In this document: positions 8,952-16,847 of the stretch, one piece after another
Layout of the letters: every line of letters begins with the position of its first letter
Position numbering within the stretch: position 1 is the first letter of the stretch
DNA from: Gemmatimonadota bacterium
Lineage (GTDB): Bacteria; Gemmatimonadota; Gemmatimonadetes; Gemmatimonadales; GWC2-71-9
Direction: 5' to 3'
DNA: 61,263 nucleotides
Assembly (NCBI GenBank): GCA_046728135.1
Contig: JBKPDZ010000036.1
Coordinates: 1 to 61,263, forward strand
Notes under the pieces: model-generated
Databases searched by the model: none
What the model saw: the letters and a program-made list of their open reading frames with translations, nothing else
What the model was told of the DNA's origin: nothing
Position numbers and translations under genes: made by a program

Positions 8952-10759
8952 ATTCCCGACAAAATTACTCTACTTTCCTGCCCGTGCGGTTCGGCAGCAT
9001 CTCCCTGGTTCTCAGCGCCTGCCTTGCTCAGCCACTCGCGGGGCAGGCGACTGACTCTCTGACCCTGGCGCGTCGCGTTGTGGCTGCGGCATCCCTGGCG
9101 GCCAAGGAGTACGCGCTCGGCGTCGTCCCCGCAGGGGGACAGATCACCCAGCCCGAAGAGGTCGACGAGGCCAAGCTCTTCATTCAGCAGGCACAGTTCG
9201 ACGTTCCGGGTCTCCCGGCCGCCGCTCGGGCCGGAACCGGCCGCACCCTCACACGGATCTCGCAGCTACTCGATTCACTCGCCCCCCCCGAAACGATCGA
9301 CCGCATAACCGATAGCCTCGTGGCGAGCATCACGGCCGCGGCCGGGGGCCCGAGGGTCATCGAGCCGCTCCCGGCGAGGCCGCCGTCACTCGAGCGGGGC
9401 GCGGTCGTGTTTCGCGAGCGCTGCGCCGCGTGTCACGGAGAGACCGGACGCGGCGATGGCCCCAAAGCCAAATCGTTGAAAGGCCCGCCTCCCCCGAATC
9501 TGACCGATCACGCCCTGATGGGTGACAAGTCGATGCTCGACATCTTCCGCCGCATCGCGATCGGCACGCCGGGCACCGCGATGCCCGAGTTCGCTGAGGA
9601 CGTCTCCGCCGCAGACCGTTGGGCCGTCGCGGCGTACGTGCAGGCGATGCAGTACGGTGGGTCGGCGACGGCGGCCATCTTTGCGGCGGTGCGCCGGCAG
9701 ATCGATTCCGCATTGTCCAAACGCTCGGACCAAATCGCCGTCGACGCGTACATGACGTTCGAGCAGGTGGAAACGGCGATTCGCGCGAAGAGTCCCGGGC
9801 TCGCGAGCGAGCTCGAAGGCAACTTCGCATGGCTGCGCACACGCGCCGTGAAGGCGGACCAGGCGGAGCGCACGACGATCCGCGAGCGGCTGCTCGCCGG
9901 ACTCGAGCGCGCGGAGCGGGTCGTGGCCGATCGGCCGTCGGCGGCGAGCCTGTTCGTCAATTCGTTCTTCCTGCTCATTCGTGAGGGCTTCGAGGCAATC
10001 CTCATCGTTGCCGCGCTCATGACGTTCCTCACGAAGGCCGGCGCCCCCGAGCGGCGGCGAGAGGTGGCGCGCGGGGCGTGGATCGCCGTGGGCGCGAGCG
10101 TGCTCACATGGATCCTGGTAGAGCTCCTGATTCAGGTGACGCCGGGTCAGCGCGAAACGGTCGAGGGCGGCACGATGCTGCTCGCCGCTGCCGTGCTCTT
10201 TTACGTGAGCTACTGGCTCCTGTCCAAAATCGAAGCGGCGAAATGGACCGCGTTCGTGCACGGGAAGATGCGGAGCGCTTTGTCGTCCGGTTCCGGTGCG
10301 GCGCTGAGCGCCGTGGCGTTCCTGGCCGTCTATCGCGAGGGATTCGAGACGATCCTGTTCTATAAGGCGCTGTTCACGTCGGCGGGGGCAAGCACGGTCT
10401 CAGTGGTGGCGGGGATCGCCGCCGGCGCGGTGGGACTCGTCGCCGTCTACCTTCTGATCAATCAGCTCGGACTGCGCGTCGCCATGAAGCCGTTCTTCGC
10501 GGTGACGGGAGCGATGCTCTACTACATGGCGTTCGTGTTTGCGGGGAAGGGTATCGCGGAGCTGCAGGAGGCGCAGCGCATCCCGCTGACGGTCATCGAA
10601 GGCGCGCCGCGCGTCCCCGTGCTCGGGATCTATCCGACGCTCGAATCGCTGCTCGTGCAAGGGCTGCTGCTGGCGCTCGCGCTGGCTGCCGGCGTCTGGG
10701 CAATGCGCCCGAAAGTCAAAGGCTCAGGTGCGGAGGGGGACCTGCTTCGGTCGCAGTGA
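8948..10759 (+). CDS. Cytochrome c domain fused to an FTR1/EfeU-family iron permease
   Basis: TTG start overlaps the acpS stop (TTGA). Has a signal-like N-terminus, the haem motif CAACHGETG, then a polytopic domain with two REGFE motifs (REGFEAIL, REGFETIL) diagnostic of FTR1 permeases. Confidence 0.85.
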   Translation: MNSRQNYSTFLPVRFGSISLVLSACLAQPLAGQATDSLTLARRVVAAASLAAKEYALGVVPAGGQITQPEEVDEAKLFIQQAQFDVPGLPAAARAGTGRTLTRISQLLDSLAPPETIDRITDSLVASITAAAGGPRVIEPLPARPPSLERGAVVFRERCAACHGETGRGDGPKAKSLKGPPPPNLTDHALMGDKSMLDIFRRIAIGTPGTAMPEFAEDVSAADRWAVAAYVQAMQYGGSATAAIFAAVRRQIDSALSKRSDQIAVDAYMTFEQVETAIRAKSPGLASELEGNFAWLRTRAVKADQAERTTIRERLLAGLERAERVVADRPSAASLFVNSFFLLIREGFEAILIVAALMTFLTKAGAPERRREVARGAWIAVGASVLTWILVELLIQVTPGQRETVEGGTMLLAAAVLFYVSYWLLSKIEAAKWTAFVHGKMRSALSSGSGAALSAVAFLAVYREGFETILFYKALFTSAGASTVSVVAGIAAGAVGLVAVYLLINQLGLRVAMKPFFAVTGAMLYYMAFVFAGKGIAELQEAQRIPLTVIEGAPRVPVLGIYPTLESLLVQGLLLALALAAGVWAMRPKVKGSGAEGDLLRSQ

Positions 10760-11566
10760 TTCGGGCAACAGCGGCCCCGCCGGCTGGCGCCACCGCGTGA
10801 GCAGAGCCCCGCCGGCCACCATCAATACCACGCTCGTTACCTGCGCGAGCGTAAATGGCCCCAACAGCCGGTCGTCTTTGGCGCGGACGATCTCGACCAG
10901 AAACCGCTCGGCTCCCGCGAACACGAGATACCACGCGAACAGCCAGCCGACGGCGTGCCCGTGATTGCGCCGCCGCCACAGCCACCAGAACACGAGCAGC
11001 ATCAGAACGGTCTCGTACACTTGCGTCGGATGCACCGCCACCACTTCTGCGGGATTGGTGCCGGCCGGAAAGTGGACGTGCATCGCCTCCAGATTCTGCA
11101 CAGTGGTGGGAGGCAAGCCGTTCGGAAATTTCATCCCCCAGGGCAGGCTCGTGGGGATACCGTAGTCGTCATTGACCAGGAAGCAGCCGACGCGCCCCAG
11201 CGCGTAGCCGAGCGCCAACGGCGCGGCGCAGATCTCGGCCGTGAAGCGCGCCGGCACGCGGCGGCGCCAGCCGTTCAACAGGATCGCGGCTGTCGCGCCG
11301 AGGAAGCCGCCGTACCACACGAATCCGCCGCGGCGAAAGAGCGCGTCCGCGTCGCGCGTCAGGAACACGTACCAGAGCTTGGCCCCTACCAGGCCGCCGA
11401 TGACGCCCGCGATGACGATGTCGGCCGCGAAATCTTCATCGAGCCCGCGGTCGCGCAGATCGAGCTGAATCGCCCATCCCGCCATCAGGAACGCGACCAT
11501 CATCATCAGCCCGTAGCCGGTGAGCTCGAGGGGCCCGAGGTGAATCGTGAACGGATAGACGGTCAT
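10724..11566 (-). CDS. lgt: Prolipoprotein diacylglyceryl transferase
   Basis: ATG at 11566 (MTVYPFTIHLGPLELTGYGLMMMVAF…) overlaps the tsaD stop (ATGA). Typical Lgt membrane profile with the HPTQVYE motif. The 78-codon upstream extension in the track is Arg-rich junk. Confidence 0.9.
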   Translation of the reverse strand: MTVYPFTIHLGPLELTGYGLMMMVAFLMAGWAIQLDLRDRGLDEDFAADIVIAGVIGGLVGAKLWYVFLTRDADALFRRGGFVWYGGFLGATAAILLNGWRRRVPARFTAEICAAPLALGYALGRVGCFLVNDDYGIPTSLPWGMKFPNGLPPTTVQNLEAMHVHFPAGTNPAEVVAVHPTQVYETVLMLLVFWWLWRRRNHGHAVGWLFAWYLVFAGAERFLVEIVRAKDDRLLGPFTLAQVTSVVLMVAGGALLTRWRQPAGPLLPESLRPKQVPLRT

Positions 11567-12606
11567 GGGAGGACCGTGCGTCGTGCGTCGTGCGTGGCTG
11601 CGCTCATCTCGAGTCCAGGGAGGGGGAGATCGGCGCGAGCGTCCAGCGTCCAGTCGCTGCGCTCGCCGAGGCGCAGGCGGTGCCAGCCGGCGCGCGCGAT
11701 CATGGCGGCGTTGTCGGCGTTGAGCCGCGGGCTGGCGACCGCGACGCGAGCGAGGGCGCCGAGCCGCCGGGCCGCTACGCCGCTGAGGGCCCGGCTGCAC
11801 GCGACGCCGCCACCGAGCACCGCCGTGGGGTAGCCGGTCGCACGTACGGCGCGCTCCAGCTTGGTGACGAGCACGTCGACCACGGCATCTTGGAACCCGC
11901 GCGCCAGGTGCGGGCGATCGTGATCGAGGTCGTGCGACGCGCGGACCGCGTGGAGCACCGCGGTCTTCAGACCCGAGAACGAAAACTCGAATCCCTCCTC
12001 GAGCATCGGACGCGGGAACGTGAAGCGCCCCGGATCGCCGCCTTGCGCGAGCTGCTCGATCGCGGGACCGCCGGGATATCCGAGGCCGAGCAGCGTCGCG
12101 ACTTTGTCGAACGCCTCACCTGCCGCATCGTCGCGGGTTTCGCCGAGCAGTCGGTAACGGCCCCAGGCCGGGACATCGAGCAGCAGCGTGTGGCCGCCCG
12201 ACACGAGCAGCGCCACGAACGGCGGGGAGAGGTCGCGGTCTTCGATCGCCGGCGCGAAGAGATGACCCTCCATGTGGTGGACCCCGATGAGCGCGCGGTC
12301 GCCCGCGTAGGCGAAGGACTTGGCGTAGACCACACCGACGAGCAACGCTCCGGCCAGCCCGGGCCCCGCGGTGACCGCGACCGCGTCGATCGCGGATGGT
12401 GCGAGACCGGCTTCCGCGAGCGCCCGATCGACGACCGCGGGTAGGGCGGTGAGATGGGCGCGACTCGCCAGCTCGGGGACGACGCCGCCGAACACTTTGT
12501 GAATGTCCTGCGACAGAATGACGAGACTCGCGAGCTCGCCGCCGACCAGCACGGCCGCCGAGGTCTCGTCGCAGGAGGTTTCGATGCCGTGGACGGCGTC
12601 AGCCAC
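11563..12606 (-). CDS. tsaD: tRNA N6-adenosine threonylcarbamoyltransferase
   Basis: GIETSCDETSAAV…, GVHHMEGH, LLVSGGHT and GGGVACS are hallmark TsaD/Kae1 motifs. GTG start at 12606. Confidence 0.92.
   Translation of the reverse strand: MADAVHGIETSCDETSAAVLVGGELASLVILSQDIHKVFGGVVPELASRAHLTALPAVVDRALAEAGLAPSAIDAVAVTAGPGLAGALLVGVVYAKSFAYAGDRALIGVHHMEGHLFAPAIEDRDLSPPFVALLVSGGHTLLLDVPAWGRYRLLGETRDDAAGEAFDKVATLLGLGYPGGPAIEQLAQGGDPGRFTFPRPMLEEGFEFSFSGLKTAVLHAVRASHDLDHDRPHLARGFQDAVVDVLVTKLERAVRATGYPTAVLGGGVACSRALSGVAARRLGALARVAVASPRLNADNAAMIARAGWHRLRLGERSDWTLDARADLPLPGLEMSAATHDARRTVLP
11575..11595. repeat. Tandem heptamer array (CGTGCGT) x 3
   Basis: Reads CGTGCGT CGTGCGT CGTGCGT. It lies in the last codons of tsaD (…THDARRT…), just upstream of the lgt start. 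The 23-nt string ACCGTGCGTCGTGCGTCGTGCGT recurs at 14293-14315. Confidence 0.85.
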
Positions 12607-13588
12607 TGCTGGGGGGGGGGCGGCGGCGAGCGGGGCGGCCGGCCGGGGCGGGCGGAGGGGGCGGGGGCGCGCGCCGCTTCACCATGACCGAATCGGGAAT
12701 GGCGCGGGCGGTCATGCCGCGTGGCGCGATGACGGTGATCCGGGCGGACCCGCCGGCGGATCCACTGATATGCGCGACCACGCGCAGCGAGTCGCGCGTC
12801 AGCGCCTGCACCCGCTCTTCCGGGCCGGTGACGGCGACCGAGACGCGCGCCGGCGTCACGATGAAGCTCGTGATCGCGCCCGCGCCCGTCTCGACCGGAA
12901 TCCCGCCGAAGGAGCGCTCCGACGTGCGGCCCATGTCGCCGGTCACGGTCACCTGCTTCGGCGAAAGCCGCACGATACCGAGCGGCATCGTATCAATCGG
13001 CACGTTGCGCGTGAACTCGCCGGAGACGTTGGTGATCTCCATCGGCACCGTCGTCACGGAATCGATCGCGGCCAGGCTCTGTTCCGGGCCAACCAGGCGC
13101 ACCGTCGTCGGCGTCATCGACAGCCCGCCGTGCAGGACCTGACCGGACTCCGCGGTGACGCTGACCAGCGAGACAATGCGAACTTCCTTCCGGGTCACGC
13201 TGTCCAGCGCCAGCGTGATCTCACTGGGCCGCACTTCCATCACGCGCACGTCGGCGCCTTTGGGAAGCGCCAGCTCGACCTCGGTCGGGTCGAGGTGAAT
13301 CGCATAGGCGGATGCCGTGGTGGTGTCGGGGACGCGGCGCGTGATGTTTCCCGCCAACGAGCGCAATTTCAGAATCTGACTGCCTTTGCCCGAAATCTGG
13401 ACCCGGACCTTGGGCGGCTTGTTGACCAACGCCCGTCCTGGCGGCAGCAGCACGTTGAGGGTCACGTCGAAGCTCGTCGTGACCGGCTGCTGCAGCTGCA
13501 CGGCGACGTACAGCATGAGCGCGAGAAACAGCGCGGCGCCCTTGATCGGCCAGTTGCGCGTGATCCCCTGGAACACGCTAGTGCTCAC
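12599..13588 (-). CDS. YbbR-like domain-containing protein (CdaR-like)
   Basis: N-terminal TM segment followed by repeated YbbR-type beta modules (…VRVQISGKGS…, …VRLVGPEQSL…). Pro-rich tail. GTG start at 13588 overlaps the upstream gene end. Confidence 0.8.
   Translation of the reverse strand: MSTSVFQGITRNWPIKGAALFLALMLYVAVQLQQPVTTSFDVTLNVLLPPGRALVNKPPKVRVQISGKGSQILKLRSLAGNITRRVPDTTTASAYAIHLDPTEVELALPKGADVRVMEVRPSEITLALDSVTRKEVRIVSLVSVTAESGQVLHGGLSMTPTTVRLVGPEQSLAAIDSVTTVPMEITNVSGEFTRNVPIDTMPLGIVRLSPKQVTVTGDMGRTSERSFGGIPVETGAGAITSFIVTPARVSVAVTGPEERVQALTRDSLRVVAHISGSAGGSARITVIAPRGMTARAIPDSVMVKRRAPPPPPPAPAGRPARRRPPPSSG
12611..12620. repeat. G10 homopolymer (C10 on the coding strand)
   Basis: A run of gggggggggg. 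It encodes PPP near the ybbR-like C-terminus and lies 5-14 nt upstream of the tsaD GTG start. Confidence 0.9.
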
Positions 13589-14138
13589 CCAGCAGGCGGC
13601 GGATCAGCATCTCGTTCGCCGGGTCTTCCCAGTTTGCCGCGCCGATGACGCGCTTCACGATCACACCTTCGCGATCGATGATGTAGCTCTCCGGCACGCC
13701 GAAAATATCGTACGCCTGTCGGATCGCCCCGCTGGGATCGTGCAGGATGTCGAACGTCAAGCCGAGGTTGTTCGCGAACGCCATGATGTCCTTGGGACCC
13801 GCCTGCTCCTGACTGTAAAATGCATCACCGTCGACGCTCACGGCTGCAATCCGGAAATCGGTCCCGGCAAGCCGCTGATGCAGGCGCTCCATGGACGGCA
13901 TCTCCGCGCGGCACGGCGGGCACCACGTCGCCCAAATGTTCACCAGAACCACTTTGCCGCGATAGTCCGCGAGCGTCGCCGGCTGATTGGTGCGCAGATT
14001 GGCGGCGCGAAACGCCGGCGCTCGCGAACCAATTTCCACCGGGTTGATCTCAGGCCGCAGCTTGATCGCCAGCGCAACCCCGAACACGGCCGTCGTCACC
14101 AGCCCGGCGATCAGTGTCCACTGTTGGCGGTTCGTCAT
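13578..14138 (-). CDS. TlpA-family thiol:disulfide oxidoreductase (redoxin)
   Basis: N-terminal TM anchor, thioredoxin-fold active site WATWCPPCRAEMP. ATG start overlaps the rpe stop (ATGA). Confidence 0.85.
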   Translation of the reverse strand: MTNRQQWTLIAGLVTTAVFGVALAIKLRPEINPVEIGSRAPAFRAANLRTNQPATLADYRGKVVLVNIWATWCPPCRAEMPSMERLHQRLAGTDFRIAAVSVDGDAFYSQEQAGPKDIMAFANNLGLTFDILHDPSGAIRQAYDIFGVPESYIIDREGVIVKRVIGAANWEDPANEMLIRRLLGEH

Positions 14139-14806
14139 ACCGTCACCATGCAGCGGCGCCGCAGCTCCCGCACCTCGCGCCCCGGATCGGCGCTGGCGAA
14201 AATCGCGTTCCCGGCCACGAACGTATCGGCACCGGCCTGATGGGCGGCCGCGATGGTCTGTTTGGAAATGCCACCGTCGACCTCGAGAAAGAACCGTGCG
14301 TCGTGCGTCGTGCGTAGTGCGTGGGCTCGCCGGATCTTATCGTTCGATCCCTCAAGGTAACTCTGACCACCGAACCCTGGGTTCACCGTCATGATCAGCA
14401 GCAGATCGAGGTCGCGCACCACCTCTTCGGCGTGCGCGAGCGGTGTCGCGGGGTTGAGCGCGAGGCCCGCCATCATCCCCTGCTGCTTCACGGCGTCCAG
14501 CTGACGCTGCACGTGAATCGTGGCCTCAGGATGGAACGTGAACACCGACGCGCCGGCGCCGGCGAATGACTCGATGTAGTGCTCCGGCTCGACGACCATC
14601 AGATGCACGTCCACCGGTTTGTCGGTGAGCTTCCGCAGCGTCTCGATCATATTGACGCCGAACGTGATGTTCGGAACAAAACGCCCGTCCATCACGTCGA
14701 CGTGCAGCCAATCGGCCCCCCCCTCCAGGACCTGCGTCACCTGATCGCGCAAGCGCGCCAGGTCGGCGGACAGCACGCTCGGCGCGATGCGCACACCGTT
14801 CGTCAT
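14135..14806 (-). CDS. rpe: Ribulose-phosphate 3-epimerase
   Basis: ATG at 14806 gives MTNGVRIAPSVLSADLARL…LHVDVMDGRFVPNITFG…MTVNPGFGGQ…EVDGG, a full-length Rpe (223 aa). The upstream 230 codons of the track ORF are Arg/Gly junk. Confidence 0.92.
   Translation of the reverse strand: MTNGVRIAPSVLSADLARLRDQVTQVLEGGADWLHVDVMDGRFVPNITFGVNMIETLRKLTDKPVDVHLMVVEPEHYIESFAGAGASVFTFHPEATIHVQRQLDAVKQQGMMAGLALNPATPLAHAEEVVRDLDLLLIMTVNPGFGGQSYLEGSNDKIRRAHALRTTHDARFFLEVDGGISKQTIAAAHQAGADTFVAGNAIFASADPGREVRELRRRCMVTV
14295..14322. repeat. Tandem heptamer array (CGTGCGT) x 3 plus AGTGCGT
   Basis: Lies inside rpe and encodes …LRTTHDARF…. Same word and orientation as 11575-11595. Confidence 0.85.
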
Positions 14807-15561
14807 TGCGGGCTCCGCGCCACCACGATATCCACGACGGTGCCGGGCGCTGCCAGTGTTCCCGCCGCGGGACTCTGTGCGACGACCGTCCCCGGCGCCG
14901 CCTCGCTCGTCCGGCGCCGCGTCACGGTGCCGAGCTGCAGTCCTTCGGTTTCGAGTCTGGTCCGCGCGTCCGCCGACGCCATGCCGAGCAGGTCCGGCAC
15001 GGGGATGGTCGGCGCGCCCCGGCTGACCACGAGGGTCAGCCCCGCCCCCGCTGCGAGGACGGTTCCCGCGGGTGGCCGTGTCATCATGGCGAGCCCGGTG
15101 GGCGCGGCGGCCTGCACCGATTCGACCTGGCTCACCGTCAGCCCCGCGGCCGCCACCATCGATTGCGCCAGCGTCGCGTCGAGCCCCGCGACGTCGGGCA
15201 CCGGAATCTTCGGTGGCCCCGCGCTCGACACCAGCGTGACTTTGGTGCCTTCGGCGGCGATGACGTCGGGCGGCGGATCCTGCCAGATCACGACACCTTG
15301 CGGCGCGGTCGGATGCGGCTCGGCGCCGCCGTCGCTGACCTGCAGCCTCGCTCTCTGAATCTCCCCCTGCGCTTCCGCGAGCGTCAAACCGAGCACGCGC
15401 GGCACCGCCTGGTGTCCCGGAAGAAACGGCGCGGGAAACAGCACGAGGTACGCCGTGAGATAACCGGCCAGGATCATGCCGGCGCCGATAGCAATCCACC
15501 TCCAGGTGCGCCGGTCGATCTTCAGACCCTCGACCGACTCGAAATGCCGCCGTACGCGCAT
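14803..15561 (-). CDS. PASTA domain-containing membrane protein
   Basis: ATG at 15561 (MRVRRHFES…) shares a base with the rsmB stop. Has a TM segment followed by three PASTA-like repeats (VPRVLGLTLAEAQ…, VPDVAGLDATLAQ…, VPDLLGMASADAR…). Confidence 0.8.
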   Translation of the reverse strand: MRVRRHFESVEGLKIDRRTWRWIAIGAGMILAGYLTAYLVLFPAPFLPGHQAVPRVLGLTLAEAQGEIQRARLQVSDGGAEPHPTAPQGVVIWQDPPPDVIAAEGTKVTLVSSAGPPKIPVPDVAGLDATLAQSMVAAAGLTVSQVESVQAAAPTGLAMMTRPPAGTVLAAGAGLTLVVSRGAPTIPVPDLLGMASADARTRLETEGLQLGTVTRRRTSEAAPGTVVAQSPAAGTLAAPGTVVDIVVARSPQ

Positions 15562-16847
15562 CAGCTCGCTCGCACCAGGCGTGCCGCGTACGCGCCGTCG
15601 ATCCCGTGGCGCTGTGGTAGCGATTGAAAATCGCCGGCGGGTGTCAGCAGCTCCGCGGGAACGGCGTCGCGGCGCGTTGACCGTGTGAACTCCGGATATT
15701 CCGTCAGAAAAGACTCCACGACCTGTGCATTTTCCTCCGGTTCGAGCGAGCAGGTGGCGTAGATCAACAATCCGCCCGGTCGTACGAGTGGCGCAGCCGA
15801 CACGAGCAGCTGCCGCTGACGCGCCGCGGCGTGCGCGAACACGGACGGCCGTAAGCGCCAGCGCGCGTCGGGATGGCGCCGCATCGTTCCCGTCGCGGTG
15901 CACGGTGCGTCCACGAGCACGGCGTCCGCACTCGCCGGACGCAGCGGCGCCGCCTCAAGATTGGCGGCGATGCTCCGAATCGCCACTCCCGCTCGGGCGG
16001 TCGTTTCGGCGAGCCGACCGATGCGTTCGTGGCGCGCGTCACCCGCGAGAACGCGGGCCCCGCGGGCTTCGAGCGCGACCGCCTTCCCGCCGGGCGCGGC
16101 GCAGGCGTCGTACACCAACTCGCCACGCGGGATCGCGGCGAAGCAGGCGATGAGCGCGTGCGCGGGATCCTGGACGATCCATCCACCTTCACGGAACCCG
16201 GGCAGATTCGGGGGACGGGGGACGGGGGACGAGGGACGGGTGGAGCGGACTTCGAGTCCGGCGCCGAAACGAGCCGATGTGGTCTCGACACCAAGGCTCT
16301 GCAGCTCCTTCTCCACACGTTCGCGGCTCCATCGCACCGGTTGAATGATCAACGGTGGCCGCGTGTCATTCCATGCAACGAGCTGCTGGGTTGCCAACTC
16401 TCCGTACCGGTCAGTCCAACGTCTGATAAGCCAATCCGGATGCGTGACCGACCCGTCCCCCGTCCCTCGTCCCCCGTCCCGATGCAGTTGGCGTAGCGTT
16501 CGGTTTACATAACCGGTGCTTCCCTCTCCAATCGTCTCCCGAGCAAGTTCCACCGAAGTAGAGACAGCGGCGTGAGACGGCACCCGCGTCAACCAGCGCA
16601 GTTGATAGGCGCCGAGGCGCAGGACGTCGTGGAGTCGGGGATCGGCGCGGTCCAGCTGCAGCGCGGTGTCCAGCTCGCGCTGGTGGCGCAGCACGCCGGC
16701 GGACAGCTCGTAGGCCAACCGGCGATCGCGCACGGTGAGGCCCTGGAGGTGGCGGTCGCGAGCATCGGTGAGGGGCGCGCCGGCGCGTACTTCGCGAAGA
16801 ATCTCGAGGGCCGCGCGCCGCGCGGCGGTGGGCCGGGCAGCCTTAAT
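15561..16847 (-). CDS. rsmB: 16S rRNA (cytosine967-C5)-methyltransferase RsmB/Sun
   Basis: Has a NusB-like N-domain and a SAM MTase core (DACAAPGGK, YATCSLEPEEN). The conserved N-terminus (…AARRAALEILREV…) continues upstream of the first canonical start (GTG 16733). I extend to ATT 16847, so the start is uncertain. Confidence 0.85.
   Translation of the reverse strand: MKAARPTAARRAALEILREVRAGAPLTDARDRHLQGLTVRDRRLAYELSAGVLRHQRELDTALQLDRADPRLHDVLRLGAYQLRWLTRVPSHAAVSTSVELARETIGEGSTGYVNRTLRQLHRDGGRGTGDGSVTHPDWLIRRWTDRYGELATQQLVAWNDTRPPLIIQPVRWSRERVEKELQSLGVETTSARFGAGLEVRSTRPSSPVPRPPNLPGFREGGWIVQDPAHALIACFAAIPRGELVYDACAAPGGKAVALEARGARVLAGDARHERIGRLAETTARAGVAIRSIAANLEAAPLRPASADAVLVDAPCTATGTMRRHPDARWRLRPSVFAHAAARQRQLLVSAAPLVRPGGLLIYATCSLEPEENAQVVESFLTEYPEFTRSTRRDAVPAELLTPAGDFQSLPQRHGIDGAYAARLVRAS
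16210..16240. repeat. Tandem heptamer array (GGGGGAC) x 3, then GAGGGAC GGG; left arm of a split inverted repeat
   Basis: Lies inside rsmB and encodes …PSSPVPRPP…. A 22-nt core, GGGACGGGGGACGAGGGACGGG, is perfectly complementary to part of 16452-16480. It has a G-quadruplex-type G-run pattern. Confidence 0.85.
16452..16480. repeat. Complement heptamer array (GTCCCCC family); right arm of the split inverted repeat
   Basis: Reads CCC GTCCCCC GTCCCTC GTCCCCC GTCCC. Lies inside rsmB and encodes …GRGTGDG…. It is 211 nt from the left arm. Confidence 0.85.

Noticed and set aside
14807-15499. A long N-terminal extension of the rpe ORF; similar extensions occur on lgt (11567-11800), the PASTA gene (15562-15903) and argG (49753-49836)
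   Set aside because: The internal ATG gives full-length proteins that match family N-termini and are coupled to upstream stops. The extensions overlap real genes or repeats and are compositionally aberrant.
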